In this document: one piece after another, positions 53,621 to 64,000 of the stretch
Numbering within the stretch: the first letter of the stretch is position 1
How the letters are laid out: each line of letters opens with the position of its first letter
Assembly: GCF_009914755.1 (NCBI RefSeq)
Contig: NC_060927.1
Direction: 5' to 3' (one strand)
DNA length: 64,000 nucleotides
Source: the human T2T-CHM13v2.0 reference genome, Homo sapiens
Program-made: the position numbers and the translations under genes
The notes under the pieces: generated by a model
Told to the model about the DNA's origin: nothing
Database searches by the model: none
The model's input: only the letters and a program-made list of their open reading frames with translations

Positions 53621-54127
53621 ACTTCTTGCTTGGAATAAAAACGCACTTTCCATCAATTCAAATATGTCTTTCCAATAAAAGGTATTTGCGAATGAGTCAA
53701 TAATCAAGGTATTTACTATATTTTTAAAATATCAGGAAATATGTTAAGGGCTAGAATACTTTTATTATCCTATCTAGTTGAGCACAAGCTGAAAACCGAT
53801 TAAGTGCTACTGACAATATAATAGAAGAGAAACCCTCTAATTGGGACTGCAATCATCCAATGACTATCACTTTAACAGGAACATTACTGGGAGAATTTGA
53901 TAGGGTTTGCTATGTCAAATCATGATGAAGATTGGAGCGTCATTTCCTTGTTGGCAGAAGCATAAAATAAAAGGCTACATGTGAGAGAGCAGAGGACAGC
54001 AGTTATCTCTAAAAATCCACTTATTTGGAAATTTTTAAGAATGAGTTAATGAAAAATTTATACCATGGCTTGTGTTGCTTGGTAAGCAGATTTGTAACAT
54101 ATACCATTGAATATATTTAGAAAATAT

Positions 54128-54427
54128 GCACGGTGGCTCACGCCTGTAATCCCAGCACTTTGGGAGGCCGAGGTGGGCGGATCACGAGGGGAGATCGAGA
54201 CCATCCTGGCTAACACGGTGAAACGCCACCTCTACTAAAAACACAAAAAATTAGCTGGGTGTGGTGGCATGTGCCTGTAGTCCCAGCTACTCGGGAGGTT
54301 GAGGCAGGAGAATGGCGTGAACCTGGGAGGCGGAGCTTGAAGTGAGCCGAGATTGTGCCACTGCACTGCAGCCTGGACGACAGAGCGAGACTCCGTCTCA
54401 AAAAAAAAAAAAAAAAGAAAAAAAAAA
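54128..54427 (+). mobile_element. AluY
   Basis: gagatcgagaccatcctggctaacacggtg and gaatggcgtgaacc...cggagcttg. TSD agaaaata(t/c)g. Confidence 0.95.
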
Positions 54428-55419
54428 GAAAATACGGTGGAATTTAAATTTTTGGGATTGATGTATTGATTTATTTATTAATTTATATTTTCATACTGAT
54501 TGTTAAATAGTATTAATAGCACCACTGCATATATGCATAGAAAAAGGTGAGAAACTATACATAAAAATGTTAAGATTGGTTATATCTGGGTGTTGAGATA
54601 GATATATATTTTATACATACATCAGTGGACATGTATTTAGTGTTAACAGAAAAAATATATACAAGGCATATTATAAAAATATGGCTTCTCTCTAGCCTAT
54701 CCTTTTATTTCTTTAGTAACTGAAAACATAGATTAATGCTTTGAAGTTAATTTAAACTTATTCTTAAATAGTTCATAGCCTGAATGGTAATTTCTCTTGA
54801 GTTTTCTGCAGGTTCCTCAGCCCACTATTTTGACCACCTTCTTCAACCCCATATTGACCCCAGAGGTCTTAGTCTCACCTGGAATTCTAACACAAACATG
54901 GAACAATTGAGTCGACTTTTTCTAAACACTTTCATTGTCCCGTTTCCTCGTTTTCCCTAGCAATCCTTATTTTCCCCAAGCTACCCCTACACACGCACCA
55001 ATCAAGTAAACAAAGAAATAAAGAAAGGAGTGCTGTTTTAAGAATGCTTCTCACCTTAGTGAGCAGAATATTCTACAATGTGATAAGTCATGAAAGATAA
55101 AGTCGCCATTTTGGGAAGAGGCTTTTTTCAGAAAGTTACCACAAAAGGGGTGACCTTGGATTTTTGATATCTGATTGCATGTTCTCATTCTCTCCAATTA
55201 GAATCATAAGATATTCAAATGGTCTGAATTGTCATTTCTGCTTTCCTTAGAAAATGGTGAACTGGCCTGAGAAGACAGGAGTGGAGAGTCAAGGTAATGT
55301 ATTATCTCTCCACTCCACCTTAGCAGAGCCTTGCTCTTGGTTAAAGGTCTCTGCTTATTCCTCATGGAAAAAAATCTTGTTGCAGTCTCAGTCAGCTCAG
55401 AATACAAGAATGCAGGTAA

Positions 55420-55645
55420 TTAAATAGCTAACAGTTACATAGCATTCACTATGTGTCAGGCACTGCCTTAAGTACTATATAGTTATTTACTCATTTACTC
55501 TTCACAACAAATCCATGACATGACGACTATCACTCTTCCCACTTGGGTAACTTGCCCAAGACCATACACTAGTATACGCATGGCATGACTGGGATTAAAA
55601 CCTGAGTAGTCTGGTCCCAGTCTTTAACCACTATGCTATACTGAA
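55420..55645 (-). mobile_element. MIR
   Basis: agcattcactatgtgtcaggcactg...tcatttactcttcacaacaa...taacttgcccaagaccatac. Confidence 0.78.
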
Positions 55646-56285
55646 GTAGGCCTGGAGAGGGAGATCCAGTAGCTCCAACTTGAACTCCCTGGATGGTACT
55701 TTCATTGCTGAGTTGTTTCCAGAATCCTCTAGCTAAGGGAATTGCCATAAATCACAGTATTAAGTCTCAGTTAATTGCTATTTTCTGTGAACCAAAGTCA
55801 CACTCTCTTACCAATGTTGAGAAACAAATTTATCAATATTGAGAAATTCCTTAAGAATTCAGCAACCAATCTTTCCCCCACCTTTTCAGCATCTCTAAAA
55901 TGGGACTATTAAGAAAAACTTCTTAAGAATGTTTGAAATTCACTAAGATCTTGAATACATTAAAAACAAATAGCAGAATGGCTCCCATATAGTAGGCGTC
56001 CATAAATGGTTATGTGTCATACAAAAACACAACAGAATATAGATGATGGCACAAAGTTAAGCATTTAGAAACTAAAGAATATAAGTTTCACACATCTAAA
56101 GAAAGGGAGTAGAGAACTAGCCATTTGAAAGCTAGAGAAATAATTGTTAACTAGGATTACAACTACAGAGCAGCTATCTTGAAGTGAGGCTGCTAACCAC
56201 ACCCCTGTATTATCTGTCTCTTCTGTATTGTTTATAGCCAAGGATTACATTTTCCTATTGATCCTTTTTAGGTTACCATGACATC

Positions 56286-56384
56286 AAAATGCCATTTTCA
56301 ATCTAAGTTTGAAAATGCCATTTTCAATCTAAGTTTGAAAATGCCATTTTCAAACAAGGGTGAGTATCTCAACTCACCCTTGTT
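56286..56384. repeat. 26-bp perfect tandem repeat (x2.6) with embedded palindromes, followed by a 13-bp perfect inverted repeat
   Basis: aaaatgccattttcaatctaagtttg at 56286-56311 and 56312-56337, partial copy to 56353. Then aacaagggtgagt-atctca-actcacccttgtt. Confidence 0.93.
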
Positions 56385-57450
56385 AAAGCTTACACCTCTC
56401 ATATTAGTCCAGAGCCATTTTCAGAGAGATTTCTTATGCTGAATCAACAAGCTGAATATTTTTAAATTATACCTTATTCACACTTATATAGAACCGCCCA
56501 TAAAAGTGTCCACATACATTACTACTAGCAATTGTATTTTACTTTGACAATTCTAAATGGTTTACATTTGTATATTCATTCACTTTACATGTATCAGTGT
56601 TAATATATATAGATGGACATATTTTCTACTTAATTAATTTTATTGACTACTATTCTCAAATTTCTAATTTGTTTTTCTTCCCTTCAAATACCTTGCACAT
56701 ACATGACACTAGAGTACTGAGCAAAATATATCCAAACATGATTAAAGATAAATAATTATCAGCACAAGCATACTCAAGTTTAGGAGGAACGCATCTGTAC
56801 CATGTGGGTCTTTAACACCTTAGGAATCTCCTAGAGTATTAGGTGCTCATCTCTTTACTACCAATAAAAATCTACTTGCTTCCTCTAAGGGTTTCTTGGA
56901 TTTTGCAGAATAGGGAGTTCCTACTCATTCCCCTTTGTGAAAGATGCTGGACTGATAGATTTCCATGATGAATTCTCCCACTTCTGAGTTTTGAGTGATT
57001 TCTAACACCACGATATGGAAACGAAGAAAGCAAGTGAGGAGAAATTTTGAAAAAGGGTTACGGAAATAGCTAGGAGTCTTCCTGCTGAGCCATCCCAGAA
57101 CTAGAGTTTTGAATAATGCATGTTCCATAAATCTAAGTGTCCCACTATGCCACATTTTAGAACAGGGAGAGAAAATAATAGCTACTGTCCACACTTATCA
57201 CCAATAATAAATTGCAGGGCTCCTGTGTGTGGCAGTGATTAATGCAAAATGCAACCTAAAACACATAACTAAATAACTAGATAGTTTGACTTTCTTGGGG
57301 GTTATCTCTCTTCCTCTTTCTTTCTCTTTCTCCCCTCTAAATAGAAAATACATTTTTAAAAAATCTCTAGAACACCTACCCTTTTCTTTCTGAGACAGAT
57401 AAATGGGCTTTTATTTTTTTCTCAGGCAAGAGCAGGTAAGCGTCTCTCTC

Positions 57451-57453
<3 letters not shown>

Positions 57454-57508
<55 letters not shown>

Positions 57509-57509
57509 T
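57454..57509. repeat. (CT)n(GT)n compound microsatellite
   Basis: Directly visible in the sequence. Confidence 0.96.
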
Positions 57510-57974
57510 AGGAAAGACAGATAAAGAGAGGGAGACATATACAAAGAGTACTCACTGGCAGGAAGTTGTATTGCAGAATTCACTTGAACTAGTAGGTTAT
57601 AAAGGGAGAGTGGCAATTGGCAGGGTTACTGTACAGCTTTGGCAATCAAGCACAGGAGTATAACAAGCAAGTTTTTAGAGATTTAATTTGCAAGGAAACA
57701 TCAGCCTTGATAGCTTTCTATTTGATTATGAAATATTTTATATAAAAGCAACCCCTAAGCCTTTCAGAAATTTAAAACATATTGAAATTTACATGAAAAT
57801 TAAATATTGATCATGCATTTAGACAATGAAAACACTGTTAAAAAAGTAGAGAATTAAATTCCATCAATAATAACTGTTATCAGTTTTCATAGGACCCTCT
57901 GAATGCTGCTGTGTTCCAGATGGAGCCATCATTTATCAAGACTTCAATTTGCAGACATTCCACCATACAGCTCA

Positions 57975-58165
57975 TGTATTAGCTTATTTAATCCTCTCAC
58001 CAACCCTATGATAGATATTAATATTATTTTCATTCTTCAAGGGAGGAAATAGGCTCAGAGAGACTAAGTAATTTCTTTAAATGCACACATCTGCTTGGTA
58101 GCAAAGCTGGCATTGAAATTCATGTTCTGTTAAACACAAAGGCCTATGCTATATCTATTCTGCCA
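57975..58165 (-). mobile_element. MIR
   Basis: ttatttaatcctctcaccaaccctatg...gaggaaataggctcagagag. Confidence 0.75.
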
Positions 58166-58173
58166 TGTACAGG

Positions 58174-58359
58174 CAGGACTGCCAGATAAAATACAGGGCA
58201 TTCAGTTAAATTTGAATTTCAGATGAATACGAATTATTTTTAGTATCAGTCATGTCTTAAATATTCCACGGGATATACTCATGCCCCCAAAGTGCTACTA
58301 TCTGAAATTGAAATTTAACTGGACATCCTTTATTTTTATTTGCTGACTCTGGCATCCTT
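58174..58359 (+). mobile_element. MER53 palindromic hAT MITE
   Basis: tgccagataaaatacagg...cagttaaatttgaatttcagat...atctgaaattgaaatttaactg...tctggcatcc. Self-complementary. Confidence 0.88.
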
Positions 58360-59599
58360 CACTATATATCTTCTTTGGATCCAGGTTTCTATTCTTGAGA
58401 GGAAGTAAAGCAGTGAAAGAGAGGATGAAATGAGGCACCTATCCCACTCAGTGTCAGCATGTTTCTGCAAGGTGTATTATGCTCTTGAGAAGATTATCAG
58501 AGTTTGTAAGATAATGCCTGACAGCAGATAAGGTGACCTATTCCATCAAGGACAGCAAAACTTATGAAGGTTACACTATGCATTGTGGGGACAACTGAAT
58601 TGACAGGGTAACCCTCGATCTCAAGCCTGAGACCCAGTGGAGGGAACTGGATAGCCTCTAAGCTCTAACATTTTCAGACACTCTCTACATATAATCAGTC
58701 AAGGAAGACATTTGAACCCCAAGATTTGTTTCCTTCCCATCCTGCCCCTTCAGGATGTAGATGATTGTCCTAGCTCCCCACTCACAGGAAGAAAAAAATT
58801 TCTTTCTTTCTTTTTGAAACTATATTTCCAAGGTCAACACTCCTGGGCATTTGAGTACAACATCTGGTTACAAAACTAAGACTGCAGTAATGCCCTTGCC
58901 ACTCCCCCTGACCCAGCACCGTTGCCCATTTCAGCCTGTTTCAGCACCCATGGAGAGGCCCTTTCCTCACTGTTTTCTTCTCCTCCTTTCTGAATTTTAC
59001 CAGTCAGAACATATTTATCCTCTGCCTCACTTGCCTAGCCTTCGGCCATTTGCTCTCTGCTAGGGAACTGATAAAACTAATGTGAGCTAATGTGTTGATG
59101 ATCATCAAAGGGCTTATTCCTTCCAGATAACATCTTCTGCCTTAAATGATGTAACACCAAGGCCTAAGTAGGATGGTAGTGGAAATATTTTACATCAGGT
59201 AGATGTTTTCTTATCAGCTCTATATTACATCAAATCAATAATGCCCACCCCACTCCACCACATGGAATTGATCAACCAGACTATTTATTTCCTCACTCCA
59301 TAACAGTGGCCAATTTATTTAAGAGTGGCATGTTAAGAAAACAATGTTTTTCCTTGTCCTTAATTGAAGTGTAGTTAATTGAATAGAAGAAGCCAAATCT
59401 ATTGTATAGAAGCCTTGGTTAGTAAAATAAATTATTAACAAAAATGCCTCTGCCCAAAATGTAGATCCCTGACTCTTCTTCCTCTCTACCTGGCCCTCTT
59501 ACTTACGTATTTTTAAAGAACAAACTCAGTTTTATTTATCCTTATGATACTTTTACTTACTCATAACAACTTCCCTCATTTAAATTCCCACAATTTTCC

Positions 59600-59825
59600 A
59601 TCATGAAACTGTGGTTAAAATTACCTAGGTGCACATTCTCACTCTATCATTTAATAGGTGTGTGACTTTGAAGAAGTTAATTTAGTCTGTCTGTGTTTCT
59701 TATCTGTGAACTAGGATAATGTCGTTGCCTCCTCATAGGGTCTCTCTGAGGATTGAATGAGAATATATAAAAACAGGACCTGGCACACAGCAAACATGGT
59801 ACACATACTTACTGTTGTTATTAAC
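59600..59825 (+). mobile_element. MIR
   Basis: tgtgtgactttgaagaagtta...ttatctgtgaa...cctcataggg...gaggattgaatgaga...cctggcacacag. Confidence 0.78.
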
Positions 59826-62800
59826 TTATACATGTGTTTGCACATCTATCTTTCAATTGTTTGAGCTTTCAGAGCAAGAAGTTTATGCAATTCAAGGGTA
59901 TATTTGGAGCATTAAGTGCTCAATCAATTAGTCACACAATCAATGCTTGTGGAACAGATATATACCCATATATAGCTCTCTGAACAATATGAGAATAGGC
60001 TAGTGTCCTTGCTCTAAGGTTAGAAATGTCAAGTAACTGGCAACAGAGCTAAAAACATATTTTTTTCTGTTAAAGTCTCAAGGTCTATTGAAGAACCACA
60101 TTTTTCCTTCAGACTCCAAGTACAGAAGATGGTTGTTTAGTTGATTGATTTGAGTATTTATCTATGTTTATGTAGTGTCTGGCCTGAAGTGGCTGATCTT
60201 GATTGTGAATCACTTTGTTTCTATATGAAAAATCCTTTTCTGATCAAGAATTGTTTCTTTTTGTATTATCATTCATTCTCAGACAAAACCTTACCTATTC
60301 AAAGAAAAAAAAATTGAACGGTTCATATGCATGTGGGTAGATATATTTATATAAATATACAAACTTGAATCTCTTATTATAAAATGTTTAACAGTAAATA
60401 TTAGGGATAAAATGACTCAAGGGAAGAATTACATGTGTATGAACTCAAAACTAAGTCCCAAGGATACCTTCTTGAGGTATAACTAAAAAGTAGGTCACTT
60501 CTGTTTTTCCTGCTCCCTTGCAGCCAGGCTTTATACCCATGGGCATCCAAGGTCTCCATAGTTTTCTTCTTTTTCCCCAAGCCCTTTGCTTGTCAGCTGC
60601 TTCAGCCTCCACTGCAATAGTGCAAGATCATTATCTTTTTTGCTCCACTCTTTGAGGCTTTCTTTTTATCAGAGGTCTAATCCACTATTATGAGCTAACT
60701 CATGTTTATGTCTGGCACTAATTTAGTCTTCTAAGATAAGGAACACACTAAAGTTTACATAACACCCAATCACATTTCCAACAAAAAATGTCAACAGAAT
60801 TTCACCCTGAGTTCAGAGGAAAGAAGAGTGAGAAAGGAGATAAAAGGCCTCTTATATTTTCTTAAATTTCATTAAATCACTTTAAATTCAACAAACATAT
60901 TTGGGGTCTGCATGATGAGAATGCAAAGGTGGCTCCCAGCATTCCAGGAGTTGTTTCCTAGTAGAAGTTGATGGCCCTGCTCTGGTCTATCCAGGAAGTG
61001 ATTAGACTCTAGCTGTCACCCATCCAACTCAGGGTGGATGACACCATATAGGTGTCTACAGCCTAGGAAGTCACACTTACTCCTAAGCATTCTACTGTAC
61101 CCATTACTTTCAATATGGAGTGGGGCAGGGATGGCAAGGCCAAGGAGAGGTGCTGAGCAAGATGCTTATAATATAAAATCATGACTATGAAGTTTGATCC
61201 ATATCAGTGTTTCCTAAGTTTAACTCTACATTCCAAGGTCAGAAAATGATATAAAACACACTTCAAGTACGTATATAATGCCCTTAAAAAGCCACCCTAT
61301 GAATTTATGATAAAGACCTAATTTGTACGACCAGTTTGTCAGTGCCATTCACTCCCATTTGAGTCTGTCCTAAACATAGGACAACTTTCTTTGTAGGACG
61401 AAGTGATACGTAGTTCCATGTTGTCACCACCACAGAAAAAGATTTGTTCTCTTGTAAAACACGGCTATACATTATACTGCCTTTTCTTCTACAGTGAAGA
61501 GGAAGGAAGGATTAACTTACTTCATGGAATTTTTGTGGACTGAGGGTTTGGTAAAATAAAATGCAAGGGGTAACAAATTATAAAAGACTTGTAACAAATT
61601 ATTTAATCCTGAAAAAAAAAAAAACCAGCAGTGGGTGAGCGAGTATATACATTTATAAGACTTAACAATGAGAAAAAGGGTAAAAATAGAAAAAAATTAA
61701 GATAAAAGGAGAATCAAATCAAGTCAAATATCTCTCAGCCTGTTGGCATGTTTCTCAGTGAGCTGACTATGACTAATTTATGCTGGGTCCTGATTATATT
61801 TTATACTCCTGATTTAATCTCAGTCTAGGCAAACTTTAACCGTTTTACTTATTATAATTACAGAAACTTAGTGTTTTCTAATCTTTTGCTTCGCAAGCAG
61901 AGGAGAAAAATTCCAACATTCCTTTTAATGCCACGCCTTGTTGAGCCATTTCCAGGTAAGTGGGCAAACAACACAAGAGTTATCAATGGGATTTTCTTCT
62001 TTTCAGCAGGAGCCCATTCTTCTTTTCTGGTTCATGTACTCTAATCAAAGACACCACTCAATAGTGCACAGTGTGTGGAGAAGGAGATGGAAGATGCAAG
62101 GAGTATGAATGTGGGCACTTTTTAAAAAATTTCACCCAAGAGAAATATACAGTCATTTGTCAGACCAGTGATTTTACACTGTCACATGCTATAACTGCCA
62201 AGAAACACATACACACACAGGAAGTACTTCATAGTGAGGTATGTAAAAATATCAGAAGGGGTATAATTGAGTGACTATGGCTAATCACACACATTTTCCA
62301 GCATGCAGCATGGCATTTGAATTTTTCTAGTATATCAGCGTTATGTTAAATATATCAAGAGTAAAGGAAGTAGTAGAATATTAGAGGAGAAACAAAGGGA
62401 GCGAAAAAAATGGAAAAAAAAAAGAGATAGATTTGAAAATGTATGCTGGGCATGTATATATGTGTCTATGGTTTTTAAAAGTTTCTACTATAAACAGCAC
62501 TTGTGAGCAGGGCAGTGTTTGGTGCCAACTGCCCTGGGTATATATTTGCCCTTGTTTTTCATTGACAAGATGCAGACCTATGTAGATGCTATCAATGCTA
62601 CTAGTAATAGAAGATTAATATGCAATCCAAATGATATATTTTGTTTATACTATTAAAAATATTTGATTTTTAGACTGAAAATGATAGCATTTTAAAACAT
62701 TTATTCAGAAAGTCTCTTCTCTGGTGGCCTAATATTTTCACTCTAAATTGGGTAGGTGAAAGGAGAAAAGTCATGCTACTTGTGGTCAATATTCTACTAT

Positions 62801-64000
62801 CGTCATTAGAAAATTCATTGGCCTTTGCATTAACAATCCAATTTATTAAACATCAGTGGGAAATTAGCTAAGTTAATCAGAATCTAGAGCTCTTAAAAAC
62901 TACTCTTTGCTAATTCCTTTTTTTTAAAAAAAAGTGTCATATAAAGAATTTCGTTTTCTTTCACAGAAAGCCTCTGGTAGTGGAAGGAAATGGCTTGTAA
63001 CTGATGACAGGTGGTGTTTACATTTATAATTTTCTTATTTTTTATGTTTTGGAATGGATTCAAAGGAAAGAATTATCAGACAACAGTTGCAGCCCTGGAT
63101 ATCATTTATGGCTATTTTCCTGGACATGTGAGATATACTTTTAGAACAATCATTCTGTACATTAGTGAAAATGAGATAATTCAGGGGCTGAATCCAGGAA
63201 GGCAGGAACAATAATGCAATGCTTTGGTCAACAGTCCCTGAAACTTGCCTACTCAGGGTCCTCATCTTCTTAAGTAATGTGACTTTCTTTCTTGATCCTT
63301 AGATCATTTCCTAAAATAAAAACTGTAAACCCTCTATATAAAGCTGGCTAATAGGATTTCATATAGAGGAATTAAAAACAAATTTTTTAACACAATAAGT
63401 TGGATTTCAGCATTCATGATATTTGTTTTAAGAGGTCTAATGAGGTTTTTTTGTTTGTTTGTTTTTTACCTAGGATGCTACAATCTTCAGAGACTTATGC
63501 ATTCAGCACTCCTAAACATCTGTTCAGCCTCCAAATGATTAGGTTGTTTGACACTCAAATGCTGTCCCCTGGCAATAAAAATCTGACTATATCCAGTTGA
63601 CCATATAAGAAAGGAGGATCTTCTGACTCATTTCCCACAAAATCTAAGGTAAATATACACACAGTTGGCACATGCTAATGCTATGGTATCTGCCTGGGAC
63701 CTTCTTCCAGACTTCCTGTCTTTCCCTTGACTTGTAGTGAAATGATTTAGTTCTCTGAGGACTCTTGACTTTGTTAACGTTAGCATGTTAAACTTACTGT
63801 TAGTCAGCACTAACATTAGTGCTGCCCTGAAATGGATAGAAATCACAGCCCTTAATGCATTCCCCTCTTCAAGAACAGCTCCTTTTCTTCCTTTCCAATG
63901 AGGTGAGGATGTCAGGAGGAAGCATTGAAATTGGCTTGTTTTCTTTTTACTCTTCCATTATCTATGAATAAACCTCTCATTGTAGATGATCATTTATCTA

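Noticed and set aside
56286-56353. CRISPR-like palindromic repeats
   Set aside because: Eukaryotic DNA, identical rather than unique spacers, fewer than three units and no cas genes.
56925-57194. 89-aa ORF with an apparent minus-strand acceptor and exon-like C-terminus
   Set aside because: No recognisable protein match, and the nucleotide sequence resembles a degenerate MIR segment.

Overview
AT-rich, gene-poor hominoid (human or great-ape) genomic DNA. The SVA, AluY and young L1PA elements indicate this lineage. I recognise no intact protein-coding gene, RNA gene or CpG-island promoter. The long ORFs in the track are L1 ORF2 remnants, Alu/SVA frames or microsatellite artefacts. The window is dominated by transposable elements, with two nested stacks. 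(i) At 12.1-15.2 kb, a twin-primed (5'-inverted) L1PA8-like element carries a near-complete SVA in its 3' arm and an AluY in its inverted arm, with recognisable TSDs. (ii) At 31.0-43.9 kb, an ancient L1M is split by Tigger3a, a near full-length L1PA15/16, several Alus, a ~150 bp micro-inverted L1PA and an L1MA9-like element. The most unusual signals are DNA-repair and retrotransposition footprints: one target site present three times (two L1s of very different age using the same nick), a 106-bp locally templated insertion copied from 1.5 kb downstream, a ~16-nt twin-priming inversion, and a cluster of perfect palindromes with a tandem duplication at 56.3 kb. I found no convincing evidence of a new gene-encoded system. 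Subfamily names come from remembered consensus features and need RepeatMasker/Dfam confirmation.
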